From an uncultured bacterium (GTDB lineage: Bacteria; Ratteibacteria; UBA8468; MWAK01): a stretch of 36,656 bases of DNA. Below are positions 1-8,277 of this stretch, in pieces; the stretch's first letter is position 1; the number at the start of each line of letters is the position of its first letter. A model generated the notes under the pieces. It had not been told where the DNA came from, did no database searches, and saw only the letters and a list, made by a program, of their open reading frames with translations. The DNA lies in assembly GCA_964587375.1 (NCBI GenBank), contig CAZPLE010000097.1, positions 1-36,656 of the forward strand. The letters are read 5' to 3'. The translations under genes and the position numbers were made by a program.

Positions 1-920
1 TTATAAAAGAGGGGAAAGTATTAACACCAGGGAGAAAATTATTGGAAATTATCCGTGAATTTCCAGAAACAGAGATTTTATTAAAAAGTGAAAAAGAGGG
101 GTTTTTACACATCTCCCAAAACAAAACAAACCTCACTTTAATTGGTTTAAAGGTTGATGACTTTCCTACAACCCCAAAAATAAAACCCCTTTTTCAATTC
201 AAAATCAACTCTTTATCTTTAAAAAAGAGTATAGTTTATACAAGACCGGTGGTTGTTTTTGATGAGAATCGACCCAACCTTTCCGGCGTTTTCTTAACCA
301 CGGAAGATGGGTGGCTGGCTGCTGTTTCCACCGACACCAGGCGACTGGCTCGCTATAAAACAAAAATCAACCTTCCGGTTAATGTTAAGGTAATTCTACC
401 CACAAAAGCGACCGATGCCATCAAAAGCCTATGGGATACAGAAACCGAATTAGAGGTGTCGCTGGGAACCAACCAAATCGCTTTGTTGTCAAAAGAGATA
501 ACCTTGGTAAGCCAGATTATTGAGGGGGACTTTCCAGATTATACTGCCGTTATACCTAAAAAAGAAGAGGTTTTTGTGGCTACCATACCCACCAGAGAAT
601 TTATCTCTGCGGTTAAGATTATAAAACAGATTGTTTCTGCCGGAAAAAATATGGTAAAACTCGATTTTAGAAAAAACCTTTTACACATTTCTGGAGAAAC
701 CGCCGGAATTGGAGAGGGCTCCGAAGAGGTTGAAGTCGACTTTAGCGGAGACCCGGTGGTTGCTTTTTTTAACCCAGACTATCTCTTAGACGGTTTGAAA
801 AACATAGAGACAGAAGAAGAGTTTCTTTTTGGTATCAACCGCAACCCAGAAAGACCCTGCTTGATTAGACCCATAAAAGACACAGACTATCTTTATTTGG
901 TGATGCCCATGAGACCTTAA
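1..920 (+). CDS. dnaN: DNA polymerase III beta sliding clamp, C-terminal part (5' end lies outside the window)
   Basis: The frame of ORF 42..920 stays open back to nt 3 (IKEGKVLTPGRKLLEIIREFP...). The length and sequence pattern are typical of clamp domains II/III and the protein ends ...DYLYLVMPMRP. A DUF721 gene follows, as in many dnaN loci. Confidence 0.9.
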   Translation, partial: IKEGKVLTPGRKLLEIIREFPETEILLKSEKEGFLHISQNKTNLTLIGLKVDDFPTTPKIKPLFQFKINSLSLKKSIVYTRPVVVFDENRPNLSGVFLTTEDGWLAAVSTDTRRLARYKTKINLPVNVKVILPTKATDAIKSLWDTETELEVSLGTNQIALLSKEITLVSQIIEGDFPDYTAVIPKKEEVFVATIPTREFISAVKIIKQIVSAGKNMVKLDFRKNLLHISGETAGIGEGSEEVEVDFSGDPVVAFFNPDYLLDGLKNIETEEEFLFGINRNPERPCLIRPIKDTDYLYLVMPMRP

Positions 921-926
921 AGAGAG

Positions 927-1214
927 ATGGAAAGGGTCGGAGGTGTGGTTAAGCGGGTTTTGAAGGGGATAAACCTCGTCCCGGAGGAGAAGGACTATCT
1001 TTCGCTGTGGGACGAATTTGTCCCGGCCGGAATCAGAAAACACACCAGGGTTTCGGTAAGAAACAAGGTGGTTTATGCGGCCACAGACAACCCCACCACC
1101 TCCCACCTCCTCTCTTTATATAAAGAGAGGATAATAGAGAGGTTCAGAGAGAGCCGACTACCAATAAAAAAATTAGTAATTACCCAAAAAAGAAAGAGAG
1201 GGGGTGAAAATTAG
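927..1214 (+). CDS. DUF721 (DciA-like) small protein
   Basis: 95-aa ORF 6 nt after dnaN. The pattern W-x-E/D-x-V-x(4)-I-x-x-H-T then V-x-x-x-x-L-x-V followed by a basic tail resembles DUF721 proteins. The position next to dnaN is the classic DUF721 context. Confidence 0.6.
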   Translation: MERVGGVVKRVLKGINLVPEEKDYLSLWDEFVPAGIRKHTRVSVRNKVVYAATDNPTTSHLLSLYKERIIERFRESRLPIKKLVITQKRKRGGEN

Positions 1215-2081
1215 GTGTTTCAGGGTTCTGTAGTAGCGCTGGTCACCCCTTTTTACAAAAAGAAGATAGATGAGAAGGCTTTTGGTGACCTGATAGAGTG
1301 GCACATTAAAGAAGGAACTGACGGCCTCCTGCCTTGTGGTTGTACTGGCGAAGCGGCCACTCTTACCGTGGAGGAACACCGGCGATTGGTGGAGTTTACT
1401 GTGGAGGTTACCGCTGGTCGCTGTAAGGTGATCGCCGGGACCGGCTCAAACAACACCGCAGAGGCCCTATTCCTTACAAGGTGCGCCAAAAAAGCCGGTG
1501 CAGACGCAGCCCTTATCATCACACCCTATTATAACAAACCAACACCAGCAGGCTTAATTCTTCATTATTCAACCATTGCCAAAAAGGTTGACATCCCCAT
1601 TATTCTTTATAACGTCCCCTCTCGAACCGGCATAAGCATCTTGCCAGAGACGGTGGCTGAACTTTCCAAAATCCCCAACATCGTGGCCATCAAGGAAGCC
1701 TCAGGAAGCATAGACCAGGTGAGCGCCATATTGAACCTGTGCAACATTAACGTTCTTTCTGGAGATGACTCTCTTACTCTCCCGATAATGGCCGTGGGTG
1801 GCAAGGGTGTGGTTTCGGTGGCTGCCAACGTAATTCCTAAGGAGATGGTAGAAATGACCCACACCTTCCTTGAGGGTAAAATTGACCGGGCAAGAGAAAT
1901 CCACCGCCGATATTACCCCCTCTTCCGCGGCCTTTTTTATGAAACCAACCCCCTTCCCATAAAAACCCTTCTTGCCTGGATGGGCAAAATAAAACCGGAA
2001 TGGCGACCCCCTCTTTGTCCCATGGCCGAGGAGAATGAAGTACGCTTACGAAGGGTCGCAGAGAACTTGGGTTTGATATAG
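1215..2081 (+). CDS. dapA: 4-hydroxy-tetrahydrodipicolinate synthase
   Basis: GTG start abutting the previous stop. N-terminus FQGSVVALVTPF, then GCTGEAATLT, GTGSNNT, YNVPSRTG and the Schiff-base region IVAIKEASG are DapA/NAL-family hallmarks. 288 aa. Confidence 0.93.
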   Translation: MFQGSVVALVTPFYKKKIDEKAFGDLIEWHIKEGTDGLLPCGCTGEAATLTVEEHRRLVEFTVEVTAGRCKVIAGTGSNNTAEALFLTRCAKKAGADAALIITPYYNKPTPAGLILHYSTIAKKVDIPIILYNVPSRTGISILPETVAELSKIPNIVAIKEASGSIDQVSAILNLCNINVLSGDDSLTLPIMAVGGKGVVSVAANVIPKEMVEMTHTFLEGKIDRAREIHRRYYPLFRGLFYETNPLPIKTLLAWMGKIKPEWRPPLCPMAEENEVRLRRVAENLGLI

Positions 2082-2085
2082 AAAG

Positions 2086-2931
2086 ATGTGGTGGCAGAAG
2101 AAGAAATCGGTGTTGGTACCCCCCAAAAAGAAGGTTGAGGTAAAACCTGAAACCTGGAGAAGGTGTCAAGGGTGCGGGGCAAATCTCTATGAAAAACGGC
2201 TCCAGGAGAATCTGTGGGTATGCCCACGCTGTCAGTATCACCATCGCCTTACTGCTAAACAGCGCATTGCCATCACCTTGGACGAAGGCTCCTTCCAAGA
2301 GGAAGACGCCAACCTGAAGCCGGCGGACCCTTTGGGCTTTTCGGCGCTCAAGAGTTACAAGGAAAGAGTGAAAGAGGAACAAGAAAAGACCGGTTTGGCA
2401 GACGCAGCGGTGGCCGGCCGGGGAACCATTGAAGGTTTTTTAGTGGAGGTGGTAGTGATAGACAGTTATTTCTTGATGGGTAGTATGGGTTCGGTGTTGG
2501 GAGAAAAGGTGTTGCGTGCGGCAGAAAGAGCAAAGAACACCCACACCCCACTTTTGATCTTTTCTGCCAGCGGCGGTGGGGCGAGAATGCACGAGGGAAT
2601 GTTTTCTTTAATCCAGATGGCAAAGACCTCTGTTGCCATCAGCCGCCTTTCCGAATCCGGTGTTCCCTATATCTCCGTCCTTACCGATCCAACCATGGGG
2701 GGTGTTGCCGCCAGCTTTGCTCTTCAAGGAGATATCATTATCGCTGAACCCGGCGCCTTAATTGGCTTTACTGGGCCAAGAGTGATTGAACAGACGATAC
2801 GCACCAAACTTCCGCCAGGGTTTCAGCGTTCTGAGTTTTTATTTAAACTTGGTGGTCTTGACCAGGTCTTGCCTCGCCGGGAAATCAGACCTTTTCTTGC
2901 CCGCACACTTTCCTTATTTGAACAACAATAG
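2086..2931 (+). CDS. accD: acetyl-CoA carboxylase carboxyltransferase beta subunit
   Basis: N-terminal Zn ribbon CQGCGANLYEKRLQENLWVCPRCQYHHRL, followed by a carboxyltransferase domain (FLMGSMGSVLGEK, SASGGARMHEG). 281 aa. Confidence 0.93.
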   Translation: MWWQKKKSVLVPPKKKVEVKPETWRRCQGCGANLYEKRLQENLWVCPRCQYHHRLTAKQRIAITLDEGSFQEEDANLKPADPLGFSALKSYKERVKEEQEKTGLADAAVAGRGTIEGFLVEVVVIDSYFLMGSMGSVLGEKVLRAAERAKNTHTPLLIFSASGGGARMHEGMFSLIQMAKTSVAISRLSESGVPYISVLTDPTMGGVAASFALQGDIIIAEPGALIGFTGPRVIEQTIRTKLPPGFQRSEFLFKLGGLDQVLPRREIRPFLARTLSLFEQQ

Positions 2932-2977
2932 CACCAAGTTCTGTCCTAAAAATATTCTCAACCTCATTTTGCCTGTG

Positions 2978-3853
2978 ATGGAAAAAAGAGCGGAAGGGCC
3001 ACCGAAATGGCTAAAAAAGAGGATCTTTTTCAGCCGCGAAGCAGAAGAAACAGAAAGAGTGATTGCAAACCTTGGCCTCCACACAGTCTGTTCTTCTGCC
3101 CTCTGTCCTAACCGGATGGAATGTTTTGGCAAAAAACAGGCGACCTTTATGATTCTGGGCACGGTTTGCACCCGAAACTGCGCCTTTTGTGGGGTGCCAA
3201 AAGGAAAGCCCTCCCCTCCAGACCCAGACGAACCAAACCGCGTGGCTCTGGCGATAAAGCAATTGGGGATAAAATATGCGGTCATCACCTCAGTTAGCCG
3301 CGACGATTTGCCTGATAAGGGTTCAACCCTCTTTGCCGATACAATTGAAGCCATTAACAAGAAATCCCCCCGGACAAAGGTGGAGGTTTTGACCCCAGAT
3401 TTCAACGGAGAGGAGCTTCTGGTGGCAAACGTTTTAAGAAAAAAGCCGCTTGTTTTTAATCACAACCTGGAGACCGTACCCCGGCTTTACCCCAAAATCC
3501 GACCTCAGGCAGACTACCAAAGAAGCCTTTATCTTTTGAAGACAGCGAAAGAGAAAGGGGCTGTTTATACCAAGAGCGGACTGATGCTTGGATTGGGGGA
3601 AGAGAGAGAAGAGGTTCTCCGTGTCCTGGGTGATTTAAGAAAGGTTGACTGCGACATAATTACGATAGGACAATACCTAAGGCCATCTCAGGCAAATACT
3701 TCAGTGGTACGTTTCGCCTCTCCGGCAGAGTTTGAAGATTTTCGTCGGCAAGCGTTTCGGATGGGGTTTAGGGCGTGTGCTGCTGGTCCCTTCGTCCGCA
3801 GTTCTTATTTTGCAGAAACCCTCCTTGAGCGTGCTACAAACCAGAAAGGATAA
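2978..3853 (+). CDS. lipA: lipoyl synthase (radical SAM)
   Basis: Auxiliary cluster motif C-x4-C-x5-C (CSSALCPNRMEC), radical-SAM C-x3-C-x2-C (CTRNCAFC) and C-terminal RSSY (FVRSSY). I place the start at ATG 2978 (MEKRAEGPPKWLKK...). The ORF-track start at 2786 would overlap accD by about 145 nt. Confidence 0.92.
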   Translation: MEKRAEGPPKWLKKRIFFSREAEETERVIANLGLHTVCSSALCPNRMECFGKKQATFMILGTVCTRNCAFCGVPKGKPSPPDPDEPNRVALAIKQLGIKYAVITSVSRDDLPDKGSTLFADTIEAINKKSPRTKVEVLTPDFNGEELLVANVLRKKPLVFNHNLETVPRLYPKIRPQADYQRSLYLLKTAKEKGAVYTKSGLMLGLGEEREEVLRVLGDLRKVDCDIITIGQYLRPSQANTSVVRFASPAEFEDFRRQAFRMGFRACAAGPFVRSSYFAETLLERATNQKG

Positions 3854-3858
3854 AAAAG

Positions 3859-3887
3859 TTTACAGCCATTAAACCTTCGGCTATAAT
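3859..3887 (+). promoter_or_regulatory. sigma70-type promoter TTTACA-17 nt-TATAAT upstream of the lipoyl-domain operon
   Basis: TTTACA at 3859-3864, 17-nt spacer, TATAAT at 3882-3887. AGGAGG at 3902-3907 lies 5 nt before ATG 3913. Confidence 0.6.
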
Positions 3888-3912
3888 ATAGCGGAAGCTG
3901 TAGGAGGCAAAA

Positions 3913-4143
3913 ATGGAAGTAAAGCTACCACCATTAGGTGAAGGAGTGGAGGGGGCCAGCATCTCTTTTTGGTATAAAAAAGTCGGCGACCAGGTCAACG
4001 AAAACGAGGACCTGGTAGAGTTAAGCACCGAAAAAGCCAGTTTCAATCTACCTTCACCGGCAACCGGGAAGTTGGTGAAGATAAACTTCAGAGAAGGCGA
4101 AAAGGTTAAAGTAAACGAAACGCTGGCCGTGATTGAGAAATGA
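3913..4143 (+). CDS. stand-alone lipoyl-attachment domain protein (E2-type, 76 aa)
   Basis: LPPLGEGVEGASISFWYKKVGDQV...LVELSTEKASFNLPSPATGKL matches the E2 lipoyl-domain pattern (PxLGEg..EG.i..W..k.GD, E-t-d/e-K-A with Lys41, G-x-L). It lacks the EAMKM biotinyl motif. A strong SD and promoter lie upstream. Confidence 0.75.
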   Translation: MEVKLPPLGEGVEGASISFWYKKVGDQVNENEDLVELSTEKASFNLPSPATGKLVKINFREGEKVKVNETLAVIEK

Positions 4144-5312
4144 GTGATTGCAAATCAAGGAGAATAGCGAACCTCCCACCCTACATCTTTGAGCGGATTA
4201 ACCGGTTAAAGATGGAGGCACGAGCAGCAGGAAGGGATGTTATTGATTTGGGAATGGGCAACCCTGATACCGCAACGCCCAGCCACATAATCGCGAAATT
4301 GAAAGAGGTTGTCAACGACCCCAAGACCCACCGGTACTCTGCCTCTCGGGGAATTAAAGGTTTGCGCCGGGCAATCACCCAGTGGTATCAAAAACGGTAC
4401 GGGATAACCCTTGACGCCGAAAGGGAGGTATGTGCTGTGATCGGCAGCAAGGAAGGTTTGTGCCACTTTGCCCTGGCTGCTTTTGACGAAGGTGAAGCGG
4501 TTTTGGTGCCCAATCCAACTTATCCCACGCACATCTACGCCTTTGCCATTGCCGGAGTTAGGGTTCAGGATGTGCCCCTTCTGCCGGAGAATAATTTTCT
4601 ACCAGACATAGAAGGAATAGACCTTTCCAACCAGCCGCGGCCCAAGGCGCTTTTACTCTCATTTCCCAGCAACCCCACCACCAGAATTGCCGACCTGGCA
4701 CTGATGGAAAAGGCGGTGGCCTTCTGCCGGGAGAACAACCTCTTTCTTATCCATGACCTGGCCTATGGAGAACTGGTTTTTGATGGCCTTGCTTCACCCA
4801 GCGTGCTCCAAGTACCCGGCGCAAAAGAACTGGCGATAGAGTTTTATTCCCTTTCCAAAACATACAGTATGGCTGGCTGGCGGGTGGGCTTTGCTGTAGG
4901 CAATGAAGAATTGATTGGCGCCCTGATAAAACTGAAAAGTTATTATGACTACGGCATCTTTACACCCATTCAGGTTGCGGCCATAGAGGCCTTAACAGGT
5001 CCTCAAGAGTGCGTCTTGCTCCACAGGGAGATCTATCAACGTCGCCGCGACGTTTTGGTCTCCGGCTTAAGACGGATTGGATGGGATGTTCCTCTTCCGC
5101 CGGCAACGATGTACGTCTGGGCACCCCTTCCAGAAGGATACCGAAAGATGACCTCTCTGGAATTTTCTACCATGCTCCTTGATAAGGCCAACGTGGTTAC
5201 CTCCCCTGGAAACTGTTTTGGTTCATATGGTGAGGGCTATGTGCGGTTTGCGTTGGTAGAGAATGAACACCGCCTTCGCCAGGCAATCCGTAATATCGGG
5301 AGGGTCTTATGA
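4140..5312 (+). CDS. class I/II PLP-dependent aminotransferase (AlaT/DapL-like; specificity not assignable)
   Basis: NLPPYIFERINRLK...VIDLGMGNPD, SNPT and YSLSKTYSMAGWRVGF (PLP lysine). ATGA overlap with the preceding gene. 390 aa. Confidence 0.85.
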   Translation: MSDCKSRRIANLPPYIFERINRLKMEARAAGRDVIDLGMGNPDTATPSHIIAKLKEVVNDPKTHRYSASRGIKGLRRAITQWYQKRYGITLDAEREVCAVIGSKEGLCHFALAAFDEGEAVLVPNPTYPTHIYAFAIAGVRVQDVPLLPENNFLPDIEGIDLSNQPRPKALLLSFPSNPTTRIADLALMEKAVAFCRENNLFLIHDLAYGELVFDGLASPSVLQVPGAKELAIEFYSLSKTYSMAGWRVGFAVGNEELIGALIKLKSYYDYGIFTPIQVAAIEALTGPQECVLLHREIYQRRRDVLVSGLRRIGWDVPLPPATMYVWAPLPEGYRKMTSLEFSTMLLDKANVVTSPGNCFGSYGEGYVRFALVENEHRLRQAIRNIGRVL

Positions 5313-6466
5313 GAATTGACCTCTCAAAAAGGATTCAGGAGATTGCCCCTTCTGCAACCCTGGCGGTTGGCAGGAAAGCAAAGGAGTTGGAAGGAAAAGG
5401 TATCAGGGTTTTAAACCTTTCGGTGGGGGAGCCTGATTTTCCGCCGCCACCAGAAGCAAAGAGGGCAGTGGCTTCTGCGCTGGAGAAGAACCTTTCCAAG
5501 TATACGGATAGCCGGGGAACGCCGGTCTTGAGGGAAGCGGTCTGCCGGAGAATTAAAGAAGACCTCGGGCTTGACTACACACCAAAACAGGTGGTCATCT
5601 CCTGTGGGTCCAAACACACCCTTTACAACCTCTTCCAGGTCCTCCTTGACCCAGGTGACCAGGTTCTCATCCCGGTGCCCTACTGGACAAGTTATCCGGA
5701 AATGGTAAAACTTGCCGGAGGCGTTCCGGTCTTTGTCCCGCCAGGACCTACGATGAAGGTTACACCAGAAGACCTGGAAAGATATGCCACCCCAAAGACA
5801 AAATGCTTGGTGATTAACAGCCCAAACAACCCCTCAGGTGTAGTTCTTTCCCGGGAGGAGCTGGCTGAGATTGCGGATTGGGTTAAGATGAGGAAGATTT
5901 TGGTTATTTCTGACGACGCTTACCAACACTTCCTTTACGATGGCAGACCCTTTTATAACCTGGCGATGTTCTCCCAGACATACCAGCAGACAATGATTGT
6001 TGGCGCTGCCTCCAAAACCTATGCGATGACCGGTTGGCGCCTCGGTTGGTTTCTGGGTCCCGAGGAGGTTGCAAATGCTGTGGCAAAACTTCAAGACCAA
6101 TCAACCTCAAACCCCTGTTCCTTAAGCCAGGAGGCTGCCCTGGCAGCCCTTTCCGGAAGCCAGGAGAGTGTAAGGAATATGTGTCAGGAGTTCCAGCGCC
6201 GTCGGGATATGCTCTGCCGCACATTTTCGGAAGCGAAGGAAGCATCTTACCCCTATCCGGAGGGAGCCTTCTATCTCTTCTTTACTCATCCAAAGATAAA
6301 AGACTCGGCAGAGTTTGCCTCCCGTCTCCTGGAGGAGACGCAGGTTGCTTTAGTTCCTGGTTCAGCCTTTGGTATGGAGGGGTATCTGCGCCTTTCCTAC
6401 GCAGTTCCGCAAGAGGTCCTTCGGGAAGGGGTTAATCGCCTAATCTCTTACTTAGTCGCCGCGTAA
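5309..6466 (+). CDS. class I aminotransferase, aspartate-aminotransferase-like
   Basis: LNLSVGEPDFPPP, INSPNNPSG and ASKTYAMTGWRLGW (PLP lysine). ATGA overlap with the upstream aminotransferase. 385 aa. Confidence 0.85.
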   Translation: MRIDLSKRIQEIAPSATLAVGRKAKELEGKGIRVLNLSVGEPDFPPPPEAKRAVASALEKNLSKYTDSRGTPVLREAVCRRIKEDLGLDYTPKQVVISCGSKHTLYNLFQVLLDPGDQVLIPVPYWTSYPEMVKLAGGVPVFVPPGPTMKVTPEDLERYATPKTKCLVINSPNNPSGVVLSREELAEIADWVKMRKILVISDDAYQHFLYDGRPFYNLAMFSQTYQQTMIVGAASKTYAMTGWRLGWFLGPEEVANAVAKLQDQSTSNPCSLSQEAALAALSGSQESVRNMCQEFQRRRDMLCRTFSEAKEASYPYPEGAFYLFFTHPKIKDSAEFASRLLEETQVALVPGSAFGMEGYLRLSYAVPQEVLREGVNRLISYLVAA

Positions 6467-7303
6467 ATGGCACTACAGACAAAAGATTTGCTGGATCTTT
6501 TCTCCTCCGCCAGAAAGTTATCGCTAAGGATTGCCTGGGTAGCAGCCGTCTTCTCTTTAACTCCGAATGTCTCCGGTCAGGAGGCTGTTTCCTCCTTATC
6601 TTACAGATTCCTCCCGAAAGAGGTTTTGCGTTATCAAGTAGAGACTGAGGGCAAAGTAACCTTGTTGGGGACCAAGAACGGTCAAGAGCTCAAGCTCTTC
6701 TCAAAAGCTTTTCTTTCCGCTGTTTTGCGGACCAGAGAAGTTGATCAGGAGAACGTGGCAGTGATAGAAGCAGAGATCGCAGAGTTTAAGATGGTGATAA
6801 AGGTCAATGACCAAGAGGTCGCAAGGTTACCGCCACTGACCGAAAAGTCAAAGCTGATAAAGGTTGGCCGGACAGGCATTATTCCAGCCCCAGTAGGAAG
6901 AGAAGCGGTTAGCCCCACTAACGCCCTCGCCTGGAACCTTCTTCTTTCCAGAATCTTCCCGGCCCTGCCCGAAGGGTCTGTAAGGGTTGGCAGCACCTGG
7001 CTTGGCCAGGTTCTTTTTTCCCATTTGGAAAGGCTGCCTGACCCAAAGACTAACTCCGTTGCGGTGCGGTATACCTATCTGGGACGGTCCCCTGAGGCTG
7101 GCGCAGCCCAGGTAATGGTTGAGACGGAAACAGGGGCTCCAGGCCAGATAAAAGGAAAGATACTTTTTGGGGATGGCCACCTCATCTTAGAAGAGACCTC
7201 CGGCGTTTTGGATTTTAAGCAAAAGCTCTTCTCTCCCGAAAAAGGTCTTATCGAGGTTACTACCAAAGGTACCCTTTTTAGCCGGGCAGTGCTTTTACCT
7301 TAA
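6467..7303 (+). CDS. hypothetical protein with a possible N-terminal signal/anchor
   Basis: Starts at TAAATG directly after the aminotransferase stop. Has a hydrophobic stretch LRIAWVAAVFSLTPNVSG. I recognise no family motif. Operon position supports coding. Confidence 0.5.
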   Translation: MALQTKDLLDLFSSARKLSLRIAWVAAVFSLTPNVSGQEAVSSLSYRFLPKEVLRYQVETEGKVTLLGTKNGQELKLFSKAFLSAVLRTREVDQENVAVIEAEIAEFKMVIKVNDQEVARLPPLTEKSKLIKVGRTGIIPAPVGREAVSPTNALAWNLLLSRIFPALPEGSVRVGSTWLGQVLFSHLERLPDPKTNSVAVRYTYLGRSPEAGAAQVMVETETGAPGQIKGKILFGDGHLILEETSGVLDFKQKLFSPEKGLIEVTTKGTLFSRAVLLP

Positions 7304-7312
7304 AACTCTCTT

Positions 7313-8275
7313 ATGTTGCGATACATAGCCAAGAGGCTCCTTCACCTGGTACCGCTCCTTTTAGGAATGACCTTTCTTTCCTTTATGGTGATGCAATTGG
7401 CACCGGGTGACTATTTTACAAAACTTTCCCTTGACCCACAGATTTCCCAGCAGACCCTGCAACGTTTACGGGAAGAGTTTGGGCTTTCCTGCAACCCAGT
7501 TGTCCAATACTGTAAGTGGTTACGCAACCTTGCTACCCTTAATATGGGTGTTTCGTTTGTCTATCACATTCCCGTTGCTACCTTGATACGGCAGCGGCTG
7601 GTTAACACCTTACTTCTTTCGATTTCAACTATTATCCTCACCTGGCTGATAAGCGTTCCGCTGGGGATAGTAGCCGCAATCCAGGCAAACAAAACCCTTG
7701 ACCGGTTACTCTCCGGGTTTGCTTTTATCAGCATCTCCCTCCCCTCATTCTTTCTTGCCCTGCTCTTTCTGGTCCTTGCTGCCCGGACCGGTCTCTTTCC
7801 TCTGGGCGGGAGCGAAAGCGTCTTTGCCGAAGAACTTTCTCCTTCTTTGCAACTGGTGGACCGGCTGTGGCACCTAAGCCTTCCAGCCACTGTCCTGGTG
7901 CTCACCGGTTTCGGTGGCCTATTTCGGGTTACCAGGGCAAACTTTCTAGAGACCCTCTCTGCGCCTTTCGTAGTGGCTTTGCGCGGGAAGGGTCTTTCAG
8001 AGAAAAGGGTTTTTCGGCATGTGTTCCGCAACAGTTTAAACCCATTGATCACCCTGTTGGGTTATGAACTGTCCGGTATCCTTTCCGGTGTGGCGCTGGT
8101 GGAAATAATCCTTTCCTGGCCGGGTATTGGCCAATTGATGCTCACTGCCGTGATGAGCCAAGACCTTTACGTAGTTATGGCTTCGCTCTTTTTCAGCGGA
8201 TTGCTATTGGTTTTGGGGAACCTGGTTGCTGATATTCTTCTGGCAGCCAACGACCCACGCATTAGATTAGGGTAA
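7313..8275 (+). CDS. ABC transporter permease, DppB/OppB (peptide/nickel) family
   Basis: Typical N-terminus MLRYIAKRLLHLVPLLLGMTFLSFMVMQLAPGDY, multiple TM segments, and a C-terminal ...ADILLAANDPRIRL pattern characteristic of this family. Confidence 0.85.
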   Translation: MLRYIAKRLLHLVPLLLGMTFLSFMVMQLAPGDYFTKLSLDPQISQQTLQRLREEFGLSCNPVVQYCKWLRNLATLNMGVSFVYHIPVATLIRQRLVNTLLLSISTIILTWLISVPLGIVAAIQANKTLDRLLSGFAFISISLPSFFLALLFLVLAARTGLFPLGGSESVFAEELSPSLQLVDRLWHLSLPATVLVLTGFGGLFRVTRANFLETLSAPFVVALRGKGLSEKRVFRHVFRNSLNPLITLLGYELSGILSGVALVEIILSWPGIGQLMLTAVMSQDLYVVMASLFFSGLLLVLGNLVADILLAANDPRIRLG

Positions 8276-8277
8276 GG

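Noticed and set aside
2786-2977. N-terminal extension of lipA from the ORF track (64 extra codons)
   Set aside because: It would overlap accD by about 145 nt in another frame. The extension has no LipA similarity, while the conserved LipA N-terminus (KP.WLK) begins right after ATG 2978.
6034-6435. 133-aa same-strand alternate-frame ORF inside the second aminotransferase
   Set aside because: Its Gly/Ser/Pro/Cys-rich, low-complexity translation is typical of an off-frame read of a GC-balanced gene. The host gene's PLP-lysine motif lies in the annotated frame.
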